Source: Candidatus Binatia bacterium
Lineage (GTDB): Bacteria > Desulfobacterota > Binatia > UBA1149 > CAITLU01
Length of the DNA stretch: 64,000 bases
NCBI GenBank assembly: GCA_047611725.1
Contig: JBLFWR010000002.1
Location: 26,607 to 90,606 of the forward strand
Direction: 5' to 3'
Shown here: piece by piece, positions 1 to 10,054 of the stretch
Position numbering within the stretch: position 1 is the first letter of the stretch
How the letters are laid out: every line of letters starts with the position of its first letter
The notes under the pieces: generated by a model
The model's input: only the letters and a program-made list of their open reading frames with translations
What the model was told of the DNA's origin: nothing
Database searches by the model: none
Made by a program: the position numbers and the translations under genes

Positions 1-1544
1 CTTGTGGCCGGAGCAAAACTAACCTCTTCGCGGCGTCCTCCGCCGACATCACCAATATAAAGGTCGCCAGTGAGTCGATCGAAGCTGAACCGCCAGGGGT
101 TGCGTAGCCCCTTCGCCCACACGTACTCAAGCTCGCTCGACCCGTCGACGTAGCTCGGATTGGTGGGCGGCACACTGACGAAAGGCGCAACCGCATGGAC
201 CACGTCAAGACGCAGCAGTTTGCCCAACATCGAAGCGTCGTCTTGCGAGTTCACCCCGCGTCCTCCGTCTCCCATGCTCCAGTAAAGGTAACCGTCGCCA
301 CCAAACTGAACCTGACCGCCGTTGTGGTTTGATGCGCCGGGATGAGGAATGACCAGAAGTTCCTGTCTCGTTAGTTCGTTGGCAATACCGGAGTTGCCAG
401 CGTCAACCTCGTAACGAGCCAGAACCAGGGCACCCGATGTATTTGTGTAGCTGATGAAGAAGCGACCGTTGTTTTCGTAGTCCGGATCGAACGCCATGCT
501 GAACAAGCCGCGTTCACCGCCGGTTGTGGTCAGGTCGCCAATGTCGAGAAACGGCGTCGTGTTTACCGAGTTGTCCACCAGATTCAGAATACGAATGATC
601 CCGCCCCTCTCCACAACGAACAAGCGGCCCGTGTCCAGACGCGGAGCGGTGAGAAACAAGGGGGCCATGAAGTCATCGCTGACAAAGATCGCATCGATCG
701 CGGTCCCGGCGACCGCGGGGACGCCCGTACAAAGCGCGCTTGCATCCTCGAGCTGGCATACCGAGGAACAGCCGTCACCGTCGTTCAAGTTGGCGTCGTC
801 ACACTCTTCGGGCAGCTCGGCGAGTCCGTCGCCGCAGTTTGGTGGAAAGACACAAATGCAGTTCTGGTTACACAGCCCCGGGCACGCTGCATCGCCTCCG
901 GCCTCGCACTCTTGGGTGGGGCCTTGAAGATCGTCGCCACAAACCGGCGAAACACTGCGCACCAGTGAAGCGACAGTATCATCGGCCAGATCGCCGACAG
1001 CGTCGCGGTCACCTAGCGTCGTGCACCCGTCTCGACGTTCGGCTTTGAAGAAACCGGAGACGAGCTTCTTGTCGGTGCGTTCCAAACACTGGTCATCCGG
1101 GCCAAAACTGCGAACCGCCGTTCGGCCGTAGCAATTCAGGTGACCTTTAATATAGCGGCCCGCACTCAACAGCTTCGTACTCGCGCACTTGAGTGCTTCT
1201 TTCGTAGCGTCGGGATCAAGCAGAGCCCCAACTGCAACAACGGCAGCCTCGACATCGGCTCCAACCGCCACCTCGTCGTCGATGGTCACGCAGCCGCCAA
1301 AAGCCTCGGCCTTGTCGAACGCGGACAAGAGCCGGACGGCAGCCCTATCGGTGCACCTGGCGTCAACCGCTTCGTCCTTGCGAAGCGCCTTCGCATGACA
1401 CGAGAAAAGAACCTTGGCGTACTTCGCCGCTGCCTTGGTCTTCGTGCCCCCGCATCGATCTGCCGCTGGATCGGCGGCCGCGTAATTCCCACCGGCCATC
1501 AAAAGGGCTGCAACTAGCACCGCTACGAACTGGGTCTTTTTCAT
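1..1544 (-). CDS. Secreted soluble quinoprotein (PQQ-dependent) sugar dehydrogenase-like beta-propeller protein with myxobacterial-type Cys-rich repeat; start at 1544, C-terminal part runs off window
   Basis: Minus-strand reading from ATG at 1542-1544 gives MKKTQFVAVLVAALLMAGG... (signal peptide), Cys-rich CxxDxxC repeats (DGDGCSSVCQLE), then GSDH-family motifs (HPGASNHNGGQVQFGGDGYLYWSMGDGG). Frame open to position 1, hence absent from complete-ORF track. Confidence 0.6.
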   Translation of the reverse strand, partial: MKKTQFVAVLVAALLMAGGNYAAADPAADRCGGTKTKAAAKYAKVLFSCHAKALRKDEAVDARCTDRAAVRLLSAFDKAEAFGGCVTIDDEVAVGADVEAAVVAVGALLDPDATKEALKCASTKLLSAGRYIKGHLNCYGRTAVRSFGPDDQCLERTDKKLVSGFFKAERRDGCTTLGDRDAVGDLADDTVASLVRSVSPVCGDDLQGPTQECEAGGDAACPGLCNQNCICVFPPNCGDGLAELPEECDDANLNDGDGCSSVCQLEDASALCTGVPAVAGTAIDAIFVSDDFMAPLFLTAPRLDTGRLFVVERGGIIRILNLVDNSVNTTPFLDIGDLTTTGGERGLFSMAFDPDYENNGRFFISYTNTSGALVLARYEVDAGNSGIANELTRQELLVIPHPGASNHNGGQVQFGGDGYLYWSMGDGGRGVNSQDDASMLGKLLRLDVVHAVAPFVSVPPTNPSYVDGSSELEYVWAKGLRNPWRFSFDRLTGDLYIGDVGGGRREEVSFAPAT

Positions 1545-1750
1545 CGGAAATCCTCTGACACGGTAGGCCGGTCGCGCAAGACAGCGTTGCGCAACCCTGC
1601 GGCCCAAGCTTCAATCTTTCAGTGTACTGTGGCGTGGCGGGTGAAATCCAGCGACCATTTGTCGCACCCATCGCGTTGCATTGCGCAGGCTGTCCCTCTC
1701 GCTAAAACAGCGTCGGGCCGCCTGAAACGCCACACTCATTTGAAACCGGT

Positions 1751-2659
1751 GTGGCGACAAGATTCATTGCGTCCTTCGTTACGCCCGCCCCCGTTGCCAA
1801 CGCCCTCCTAAGGATACTCATGGATCTTCCAAGCCTCTCCGATTTGCCGACAAAAGAACTTCTCGACCGTGCATTGCCGCTCTTGATGGCCTGGGGATTC
1901 AAAGTCGTTGGCGCAATCGGGATCCTGTTCATTGCGCTGATTTTCGCCGGCTGGGCCTCGCGGGCCATAGAACGGGGGCTTGCGAAAACAAGCGTCGATC
2001 TGACCCTTTCGCGTTTTCTTACGCGCTTGGTTCGCTGGTTGATCTTGCTTTTGGCGGCAATCGGTTGCCTTGGGGCTTTTGGCATCAATGTCACCACGTT
2101 CGCGGCTGTCATCGGTGCCGCTGGGCTCGCGGTCGGGCTGGCGTTTCAGGGGACCCTTTCCAACTTTGCCTCGGGTATCATGCTGTTGCTTTTCCGACCC
2201 TTCGGCGTCGGCGATTTCGTCAACATGGGTGGACAAAGCGGCACCGTGTTCGGGATCGAAATGTTCACCACGACCCTGGATACACCCGATAATCGACGGT
2301 TGATTCTTCCTAACTCTACGATCTTCGGTCAAGTCATTGAGAACGTCACCTTCAATACCGAACGGCGCGCAGATGTGGATGTGGGCGCCGACTACAGCGC
2401 CGATATTGATCAAACCCGCGAAGTTCTGGTCGCCGCAGCCGAAGGCGTACCGGGACGATTGCAAACACGCGACGTGCAAGTGGTGCTTGTCGGCCTTGGC
2501 GGCTCGTCAGTGGACTGGCAGGTTCGTGTTTGGGGTCTAACCAGCGACTATCTAGCGATTCGCCAAGCGACGATTCGCGCCGTGAAGATCGCCTTAGATG
2601 AAGCTGGTATTGGTATTCCGTTTCCGCAGGTGGATGTGCACCTTCCGCCGCGGCAGTGA
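1751..2659 (+). CDS. Small-conductance mechanosensitive channel (MscS family)
   Basis: 302 aa; N-terminal TM helices then classic MscS core VIGAAGLAVGLAFQGTLSNFASGIMLLLFRPFGVGDFV. Confidence 0.88.
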   Translation: MATRFIASFVTPAPVANALLRILMDLPSLSDLPTKELLDRALPLLMAWGFKVVGAIGILFIALIFAGWASRAIERGLAKTSVDLTLSRFLTRLVRWLILLLAAIGCLGAFGINVTTFAAVIGAAGLAVGLAFQGTLSNFASGIMLLLFRPFGVGDFVNMGGQSGTVFGIEMFTTTLDTPDNRRLILPNSTIFGQVIENVTFNTERRADVDVGADYSADIDQTREVLVAAAEGVPGRLQTRDVQVVLVGLGGSSVDWQVRVWGLTSDYLAIRQATIRAVKIALDEAGIGIPFPQVDVHLPPRQ

Positions 2660-2671
2660 TGAGTTTCTAGG

Positions 2672-3031
2672 TCAGCCGCCGGCAAGCACGAGTTCGATCA
2701 AGTCCGCAACGCTGACGTGGCGTTCGATCGGATGGCGAAGGAGTTGGTCGCCGCGTACATGATAGCGATTGCGTCTACCGTCACGCTCCCGGTCTAAGTA
2801 TCCGGCTGCTTCCAATTCTGCGACGATTCGTAGCACCGCTCTCTCGGTGATCCCGACTTCGACGGCCATGTCCCGCATGCGAGCGTCGGGGTTGCCCGCA
2901 ATGTGCAACAGCACGTGGGCGTGGTTGGTCAGGAAGGTCCAAGGTGCCGTCGGAGTCCGCCCTGATTTGGCGCTTGGGGCATTCTCGGAAACGGAACCGG
3001 TCGAGTCTTGCGGCTGGGAGACTTTGGCCAT
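2672..3031 (-). CDS. Winged helix-turn-helix transcriptional regulator (MarR/ArsR-like), divergent from SulP-CA gene
   Basis: HTH segment MRDMAVEVGITERAVLRIVAELEAAGYLDRERDGRRNRY; start taken at MAKVSQ (ORF extends to 3046). Confidence 0.55.
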   Translation of the reverse strand: MAKVSQPQDSTGSVSENAPSAKSGRTPTAPWTFLTNHAHVLLHIAGNPDARMRDMAVEVGITERAVLRIVAELEAAGYLDRERDGRRNRYHVRGDQLLRHPIERHVSVADLIELVLAGG

Positions 3032-3199
3032 CCTATTAGGATACATTTATGTCATGCTTTATCAAACATGAATTTGACTTCCTGTGTTTTACGCCTCTAT
3101 CCTTCTGGCTGTTTAGAAGGTAGTGCCTGAGCCGCGAACGCCTTCAGGCCAGACTCGCGCCCAGCGGGCCACGCTGAACACCCGAAAGGAACGTCCACC

Positions 3200-5443
3200 A
3201 TGACCGCCACCACCTCCACGACCCCAGGATCTCTTCAATCGTTGATCCGCGACCTTTCGGCCAGCCTTGTCGTATTCCTTGTGGCGCTACCGCTTTGTTT
3301 GGGCATAGCGCTGGCCTCAAACGCACCACTGTTTTCGGGGCTTGTCGCCGGCATCGTCGGTGGGATCATCGTCGGAGCACTGAGCGGCTCTTCGACGAGC
3401 GTTAGTGGCCCGGCGGCGGGACTCACGGCGATTGTTGCTGCCCAAATCTCAGCGCTCGGCAGCTTCGAAGCGTTTCTATTTGCCGTCGTCCTCGCGGGCA
3501 TGATCCAAGTCTGCCTCGGCGTGGCTCAGGCAGGGTTCATCGCGTCGTACTTTCCTTCCAGTGTCATCAAAGGCCTGCTCGCAGCGATCGGCACCATCTT
3601 GATCCTGAAGCAGATCCCACACCTTTTCGGTCACGATGCAGATCCCGAAGGGGAGATGTCATTCTTTCAGCCGGATCACGAGACAACCTTCTCCGAACTC
3701 GCAGCGGTTTTCGACAACCTTCATCCAGGGGCAAGTCTGATCGGTCTTGCCTGCCTCGCACTACTCATTTTTTGGGAGCGCAGCCCTGCACTGAAAAAAT
3801 TGAGCGTTCCTGCGCCGCTCGTCGTCGTCCTGTTGGGTAGCGCGCTTGCGGGATTGTTGAGTTTCATCGGCGAAGAGTGGGCAATCGGCGCGCAACATTT
3901 GGTTCAAGTTCCGGCGGCGGAGTCGTTCGCGGGCTTCTTGAATTTCTTCACTACTCCTGACTTCTCGGTCTGGTCGAATCCAGTGCTCTACTCAGCGGCG
4001 ATTACAATCGCACTGGTCGCTTCGCTCGAAACGCTTCTCAACCTTGAGGCTGTAGACAAAATCGACCCCCGCCAGCGCTCCTCTCCAGCCAGCCGGGAGC
4101 TGGTAGCTCAGGGCATCGGAAACATCACTTCCGGAATGCTGGGCGGCCTGCCGGTCACGTCGGTTATTGTGCGCAGCTCCGTCAACGTTTCGACTGGTGC
4201 CGAGACCAAACTCTCCGCCATTTTTCACGGTGTACTACTACTGGGCTGCGTCGGGCTACTGCCCACAATGCTGAACCGGATCCCGCTGTCGTGCCTGGCG
4301 GCGATTCTACTGGTTACTGGCTTCAAGCTGGCCAGCCCAAAGTTGATTCGCCAGCTTTGGAACGAAGGGGTCTATCAGTTCTCCCCCTTCATCATTACGG
4401 TCGTTGCGATTGTCCTAACCGATCTTCTGGTCGGCATCATGATCGGATTGTTGGTCAGCGTCAGTTTCATTTTATACAGCAACTTCCGCGTTCCGATTCG
4501 CCGCGTCGTTGAAAAGCATGTGGGCGACGAAGTCGTGCATGTGCAGCTTTCCGATCAGGTCAGCTTTCTCAAGCGAGCCGCGCTTCTGAAGGTTCTCAAC
4601 GAAGTACCCGAAGGCGGACACATTCTGCTCGACGCGCAGAACACCGACTTCATCGACCCAGACATTCTCGACTTGTTGCAAGATTACACCGAGATCACCG
4701 CACCGGCCCGCAACATCGAAGTCAGCCTGCTGGGCTTCAAGAAGCGCTATAACCTCGAAGACCGAATCCAATTCGTTGACTACTCCAGCCGCGACCTGCA
4801 GTCGGCCATGTCGCCCCAAGACGCGTTGCAGGTTCTCAAAGAAGGACACGCTCGCTTCCGCAGCGGCAACCGCCTGCTGAGCCGTAACCTCGGAAGGCAA
4901 ATCGACGCAACTGCTGCATCACAACACCCGATCGGTGCGATCCTCGCCTGCATTGATTCACGCGTGCCAACAGAGCTCGTTTTCGATGCTGGGGTCGGTG
5001 ACATCTTTAGTGTCCGCGTTGCTGGGAATGTTTCCAGCCGCAAGATTCTGGGAAGCCTTGAGTACGCCTGCGGTGTTGCCGGTGCGAAAGTGATCGTGGT
5101 GATGGGACATACATACTGCGGCGCCGTGAGCGCTGCCGTTAACCTTGCTCATTCCGGACAAACGGCCAAGGAAGCAACTGGATGCGATCATGTACAGCAC
5201 ATCATCGACGGGCTGACCCCATCCATCGACATGGCGGGAGTTCGAGCGCTGGACAACGCGACCGCAGAAGAAAAAGAAGCGTTCATTAACTTGACGGCCC
5301 GAAAAAACGTGCAGCGCACAATGCAGATACTCGTCGAAAGCAGCTCGACCCTGTCCAAACTCCAAACCGAGGGCAAAGTCCTGATTGTCGGGGCAATGTA
5401 CGACGTGAGAACCGGGGATCTCGAATTCCTGGCTGATACGTAA
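3200..5443 (+). CDS. SulP-family anion transporter fused to C-terminal beta-carbonic anhydrase
   Basis: 747 aa; ~10 TM SulP core, STAS-like region, then beta-CA motifs CIDSRVPTELVFDAGVGDIFSVRVAGN and HTYCGAV. Confidence 0.88.
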   Translation: MTATTSTTPGSLQSLIRDLSASLVVFLVALPLCLGIALASNAPLFSGLVAGIVGGIIVGALSGSSTSVSGPAAGLTAIVAAQISALGSFEAFLFAVVLAGMIQVCLGVAQAGFIASYFPSSVIKGLLAAIGTILILKQIPHLFGHDADPEGEMSFFQPDHETTFSELAAVFDNLHPGASLIGLACLALLIFWERSPALKKLSVPAPLVVVLLGSALAGLLSFIGEEWAIGAQHLVQVPAAESFAGFLNFFTTPDFSVWSNPVLYSAAITIALVASLETLLNLEAVDKIDPRQRSSPASRELVAQGIGNITSGMLGGLPVTSVIVRSSVNVSTGAETKLSAIFHGVLLLGCVGLLPTMLNRIPLSCLAAILLVTGFKLASPKLIRQLWNEGVYQFSPFIITVVAIVLTDLLVGIMIGLLVSVSFILYSNFRVPIRRVVEKHVGDEVVHVQLSDQVSFLKRAALLKVLNEVPEGGHILLDAQNTDFIDPDILDLLQDYTEITAPARNIEVSLLGFKKRYNLEDRIQFVDYSSRDLQSAMSPQDALQVLKEGHARFRSGNRLLSRNLGRQIDATAASQHPIGAILACIDSRVPTELVFDAGVGDIFSVRVAGNVSSRKILGSLEYACGVAGAKVIVVMGHTYCGAVSAAVNLAHSGQTAKEATGCDHVQHIIDGLTPSIDMAGVRALDNATAEEKEAFINLTARKNVQRTMQILVESSSTLSKLQTEGKVLIVGAMYDVRTGDLEFLADT

Positions 5444-5993
5444 AATTCGACCCGAGCTTCGGTGATTTCCTCTGAGCGCTCGTCCTACCGAATCGCCTCG
5501 TCGTCGGTAGGTGCGAGCGAGTCATCGGGGTCCAGTTCCGACTGGAACAGCTGAAGCCGTGCCTCCGAGGCTCTGGCCCAGCGAATTTTGCTTGCGCGAC
5601 ACCTAACGCACCGTTACGACTGGGGTCGAGCAATCACGACGCTGTGCTCATCGGTCAGCGCACTGAGAATGAAAACGAAACCAACCGTTTGGGGAAAGCC
5701 CCGCACTCACCGCTGCCGAAGCAGCACGCACCGTAAATTGGACAAATCACACCCTCTGTGAAGCCGTGGACACCGGAACTCTCGCAAAAACTGCCAGGCC
5801 CCGAAAAGAACCCGCCGACCTCGTTTTCACAAGAAAGCTGCGTGGCAACCTGTCAGCCGCCACTGGTTGTACAGCAGGCGCCCGTAACTTCCGGCGCGCA
5901 GGTCGCCGTATCGCCGGTAGTAAACGTGCCCGACCCTGGACATGTCGATCCGTCACCTTGGTATTCCCCTTCACACCCCAGGGAGGCCGTCTC

Positions 5994-6113
5994 CTAACAA
6001 CCGCCATCCGCAGCACAACATGCTCCGAAAATCACGGCCTGCGCCGGTCCAGCAGATAAACCAACCGCAGCTGCCATCACGGCCGCTACAAAATAGTACG
6101 AAAATTCGATCAT
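5994..6113 (-). CDS. Candidate 39-aa hydrophobic/secreted Cys-containing peptide (speculative small ORF)
   Basis: ATG preceded by GGGGGAAAAG (spacing ~4); MIEFSYYFVAAVMAAAVGLSAGPAQA|VIFGACCAADGGC stop; AT-rich third positions atypical for this genome; only ORF-like element in 0.8 kb gap; coordinates approximate. Confidence 0.2.
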   Translation of the reverse strand: MIEFSYYFVAAVMAAAVGLSAGPAQAVIFGACCAADGGC

Positions 6114-6276
6114 ATACTTTTCCCCCGGAAGCCCTGGTAGAAAGGGGCGCACGCCGCGGTCGCAACGCGTGCGTCGATACTTTGTTCAACACGAATCCTA
6201 TTGAAACCCCTCGGATTTCGCCAGAATTTCAGCCCACCTCTTGCGCACATTGATCCGCCGTGAAAAGGCCATCGGC

Positions 6277-7119
6277 ATGGACTTTATCCACGGGAAGCGG
6301 GCGTTTATCACTGGCGGGTCCGAAGGAATCGGGCGCGCCACAGCTCTAGAGCTGGCCCGGCGAGGCGCAGCGGCCGTGGTTATCTGCGCACGAAGGCAGC
6401 AACCGCTCGACGATACCGTCAAAGAGATGACCCGCGTCGGGCGCTCCGATGCTGTGTTCGCCGCAGTATCAGCCGACGTCACCAACCGCGCAGCCATGAT
6501 ACGGGCCGCCAACGAAGCGATCCTCTGCGCCGGCGGAATCGATTTGTTGATTGCCAATAGCGGTTTCGCCAAAGCCAAAGCCATCGCCGATGCCGACGAG
6601 GAACATTTTCGCTCGCAGATGGATGTGAACTTCTTCGGCCATGTGAACACCGTGCAAGCTTTCCAGCCCCATTTTCGAGAACGAGGACGAGGCGACATCG
6701 TCCTCGTCTCGTCGGTGATCGCCGACATGTCGGTTTGGGGATACGGCGCTTACTCGGCAACAAAAATGGCCATCCGCGGTTTCGCCGAGGCACTTCGCCA
6801 AGAAATGATGTTGGAAGGAATCACAGTGAAACTCTTCCTCCCGCCTACAACCGACACACCGGGACTGGCCAAAGAAAACGAAGACAAGCCCCCGATCACG
6901 ATGGCCCTTGAGATGGACTCGGCATTCAACACTCAGGCCAGTGCCGAAGACGTCGCCAAAGCTCTCATCGATTGGCTGCCACGCACAGGGTTCGTAGGCT
7001 ACGCGGGTCGTGCCAGCGCCATGCAGGCCTTTTTAATGCGCCACGCTCCATCGTTGGCTCGTCGTATTGCCGACGGTGAAGTGCGCACGGCGGCTACAGC
7101 AAAACCGAAGAACCGCTGA
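6277..7119 (+). CDS. SDR-family NAD(P)-dependent oxidoreductase (3-ketosphinganine reductase-like signature)
   Basis: FITGGSEGIGRATALELARRGA Rossmann motif; catalytic YSATK; ORF from TTG 6241, ATG at 6277 with AAAAGG RBS. Confidence 0.85.
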   Translation: MDFIHGKRAFITGGSEGIGRATALELARRGAAAVVICARRQQPLDDTVKEMTRVGRSDAVFAAVSADVTNRAAMIRAANEAILCAGGIDLLIANSGFAKAKAIADADEEHFRSQMDVNFFGHVNTVQAFQPHFRERGRGDIVLVSSVIADMSVWGYGAYSATKMAIRGFAEALRQEMMLEGITVKLFLPPTTDTPGLAKENEDKPPITMALEMDSAFNTQASAEDVAKALIDWLPRTGFVGYAGRASAMQAFLMRHAPSLARRIADGEVRTAATAKPKNR

Positions 7120-7130
7120 CGTTCGGGCAA

Positions 7131-7964
7131 CTACCCGCCAACCGCCAACGCCGCAAAGAACGCGGTGGTCGCCTCGTCAGCCGCAAAGAAACTCTCGACC
7201 CGTAGTTCGTCGGCCGTAACATCCTGAGCCGTGCCAAACGTTGAAATCATCGTAAATAGTTTTAGTGAGACGTCGCCGACCTGTACCTCCAAATGTAGAA
7301 GCGGCGCTGTCGTGGGTGGCCAAACAGCGGTGCGCCAAGCAGGAAGTACTGCGGGGTATTCGAGAATCTCTTCGTAGAGTCGTCGCAACGACGTGTTGGC
7401 CGGGTCAGCGGTAACCTCACGCTGCAACCGAGACAACAGCAGCGGACCAACGTCGTCCCAATTGGCCACCAATGGTTGCATCCCGTCTGGATGGAACGTC
7501 AAGCGCATGACATTGACGGGCTCTCCCGGCGAAGTACCGAGCGAGAAGGCACCGAGAAAGCCCGACGCGGCGGTGTTTGCCATGACCAGGTCCCAGCCCC
7601 GGTTGATCACCAGAGCCGGAAGTGGCTCGTGATGGTCGAGCATCAACTGCAACGCATGGCGCACAGCCGCCATATCGGCGTTTTCTAGGCCTCGCTCGCG
7701 ATATAGCGGTGCGAACCCGGCGGTCTGCAGCAGGACATTCCGCTCTCGCAACGGAACGTCCATCGCACCCGCAAGCTGAACCACCATCTCGCGACTGGGC
7801 TGGGCTCGGCCAGATTCCAGAAAGCTTACATGACGCTGGGAAACGTCTGCTTCCAGCGCCAGATCCAATTGCGAAAGCTTGCGTACCCGGCGCCAGCCAC
7901 GCAGTAGATCTCCAAAAGGACAAGACGTCGTGGACAAATCCATCGGGATGGTCGCTGTGCTCAT
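7131..7964 (-). CDS. MmyB-like XRE-family transcriptional regulator
   Basis: N-terminal XRE HTH (LRGWRRVRKLSQLDLALEADVSQRHVSFLESGRAQPSREMV) plus C-terminal MmyB-like ligand domain; convergent/adjacent to SDR. Confidence 0.8.
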   Translation of the reverse strand: MSTATIPMDLSTTSCPFGDLLRGWRRVRKLSQLDLALEADVSQRHVSFLESGRAQPSREMVVQLAGAMDVPLRERNVLLQTAGFAPLYRERGLENADMAAVRHALQLMLDHHEPLPALVINRGWDLVMANTAASGFLGAFSLGTSPGEPVNVMRLTFHPDGMQPLVANWDDVGPLLLSRLQREVTADPANTSLRRLYEEILEYPAVLPAWRTAVWPPTTAPLLHLEVQVGDVSLKLFTMISTFGTAQDVTADELRVESFFAADEATTAFFAALAVGG

Positions 7965-8087
7965 AGGCTAGAGTTTCGCGAATTGGCGCGGCCGAAGCGA
8001 TTACCTGCCAGGTAATTGAGAACAGTTGGGAACCTGAGCCACACTAGCGCCATCGATCATGAACCCGGTCGAAACAGGAGAATCTCA

Positions 8088-8384
8088 ATGAACGTCAAGA
8101 AGATACTACTTTGGTTCGTACTCATCGATTTTTCGGCTCTAACCGCCTGGGCTATCTGGCATGTTGGTTACTTAGGAATCTTCGAGGCCGCCATGGCCTC
8201 GCCTGGCTCCATCCAGTTGGGCGTCGATTTGGTGATCGCGCTGACGTTGTTTATGGGCTGGATGGTCCAGGACGCTCAACGTCGAGGTGTTGCAGCATGG
8301 CCGTGGGTGGTAGCCACACTTTTCCTCGGATCCCTGGCGCCGCTGGCGTACCTGGTGCGGCGCGAGAGCACCGCCACCAACTAG
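8088..8384 (+). CDS. Small integral membrane protein (DUF2834-like)
   Basis: MNVKKILLWFVLIDFSALTAWAIWHVGY... three TM helices; AGGAG RBS before internal ATG of ORF 8016..8384. Confidence 0.5.
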   Translation: MNVKKILLWFVLIDFSALTAWAIWHVGYLGIFEAAMASPGSIQLGVDLVIALTLFMGWMVQDAQRRGVAAWPWVVATLFLGSLAPLAYLVRRESTATN

Positions 8385-8473
8385 AGCGGCTCCCAACTAG
8401 AGCGGCCAAGCTTTCGTCGACAACCAAACCGACGAGTCGTGTCCGGCGCAGCCCCGGCCTATATCGTTGACCC

Positions 8474-9295
8474 ATGAACGGCGGTGAACGTTGGCGAGGG
8501 CTCGCCGTGGATATTCGGCGCGCGAGCACCCCAGCAAGCCGCGAACAGCTCGGTGTCGCGGCGATCGAAGGGTCGCGACTTTTCGAACGCGCGCTGCGTG
8601 CCGAAGCTGTGATCACCGAAGCTCTGGTCGCGCAGTCCCTTCTTGACGGCACAAACGAGCGCATCGGCCAGCTCCTAAAAGAACTGAAGCAGGCCGGAAC
8701 GATCATCGTACCGGCACCAGACGAATTGGTCGCCGAGTTGTGTGGGGGGCGAGATTTAGGACGGTTGCTGGGGTTGGTGCGATTGCCGCCGCGCCGCACA
8801 GTAGCCGAACTCATGAACGTCACCTCGAACGTAACGTCACTAGCTCCACGCTTTCTGATGCTGGTAGACGTTGAAGAACCGGGCAACGTCGGCGCGCTGG
8901 TTCGCACTGCTTTGGCATCGGGGGCCTGCGCCTGTGTCTGCGTGGGCAGGAGCGATCCCTGGCATCCCAAAGCGGTACGCACCTCGATGGGCAGCGTGTT
9001 TCGGCTGCCCACGCCACACATCCCCACAGCTGCCGCCGCTATTGCGGAACTGCGCGCAGCAGGCATCCGTTCTTATGGTGCCCTCTCCGGCGGCGGCCAG
9101 GCTCCTTGGGCTGTCCCAGGCAATATTCCCACCGCCATTGTGATGGGAAGTGAAGCGTTCGGACTTTCTCCCGAAGTTGTCGCCCAACTCGATGCGACGG
9201 TCACGATTCCCATGCCCACAACCGTGGATTCCTATTCGGTCAACGCGGCCGCAGCCATCTTGCTGTACGAAGCAGCGCGCCCGCGCGAAACCTAG
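8474..9295 (+). CDS. TrmH/SpoU-family RNA 2'-O-methyltransferase
   Basis: Motifs LMLVDVEEPGNVGALVRTALASGA, IVMGSEAFGLS, VDSYSVNAAAAILLYE. Confidence 0.85.
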   Translation: MNGGERWRGLAVDIRRASTPASREQLGVAAIEGSRLFERALRAEAVITEALVAQSLLDGTNERIGQLLKELKQAGTIIVPAPDELVAELCGGRDLGRLLGLVRLPPRRTVAELMNVTSNVTSLAPRFLMLVDVEEPGNVGALVRTALASGACACVCVGRSDPWHPKAVRTSMGSVFRLPTPHIPTAAAAIAELRAAGIRSYGALSGGGQAPWAVPGNIPTAIVMGSEAFGLSPEVVAQLDATVTIPMPTTVDSYSVNAAAAILLYEAARPRET

Positions 9296-9921
9296 ACGCT
9301 CAAAGCGATCAACACCTGCCCTGCGAAATATAGCGGCAGGCCCCAGATTCGATTGCTGAATTCAGGCCGCAAAAAACGATCGCGCGCTACCGCGAGATCC
9401 GAGAGATAGAACAGGGTCGCCCCTGCGAGAATCCGAACATCTCCAAGCCCTGCGAACGTACCAGCGGCCAACGACAACATAACCGAGATCACGGCGATGT
9501 AGGCTACCACCAGTGGTCGCATCTCGCTTGGAACCAACGGCCCCAACCACTTCAAGATCACCACAGCCACGATGCCAACGGCCATTCCAACAAGAAGAAC
9601 GGTTTGCGGATCAACGCCGCGTAACAGGAACGCTGCGCAGTAGGCGACGTGCCCCAAGAGAAAGCTGGCTGCTCCAGCCTGAAACGCCAGTGAAGCACCG
9701 CGCGAAATGAGCAGAATGTCTCCACCCATCGACAGCACCAGCCCGGTAAGTACAGCCAGTCCGTAGGGCGTTTCCCAAGCACGACCAGCAACGGCGATCG
9801 CGATAAAGGCCGCAGCGGCAACGGGTTTCGTTGCCCATTTCCCGGCCTGGGAGTCGAAATACTCCGCTACCAGCAAGCCAGCCACCGCCACCCCGCACAA
9901 AATCACCCAAACTCCAGTCAT
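9292..9921 (-). CDS. YhhN-family membrane protein (lysoplasmalogenase-like)
   Basis: Multi-TM protein MTGVWVILCGVAVAGLLVAEYF...GGDILLI...FLLGHVAYCAAF; start placed at internal Met to avoid overlap with divergent recQ. Confidence 0.7.
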   Translation of the reverse strand: MTGVWVILCGVAVAGLLVAEYFDSQAGKWATKPVAAAAFIAIAVAGRAWETPYGLAVLTGLVLSMGGDILLISRGASLAFQAGAASFLLGHVAYCAAFLLRGVDPQTVLLVGMAVGIVAVVILKWLGPLVPSEMRPLVVAYIAVISVMLSLAAGTFAGLGDVRILAGATLFYLSDLAVARDRFLRPEFSNRIWGLPLYFAGQVLIALSV

Positions 9922-10054
9922 CTCCGTCCTCCAGTGGAATTCAATATCAGAACCAAACCTGTTCGCAGATAGGGTCGCAACCAGCCTCTGCACGAAAGCA
10001 GGATTGAACACTTCGGAATACAGACATGGCCGTCGCGCATGGTATCTAGCCGTG

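Noticed and set aside
8251-9066. 271-aa minus-strand ORF
   Set aside because: Antisense to the TrmH methyltransferase gene, low-complexity Ser/Arg/Ala translation.
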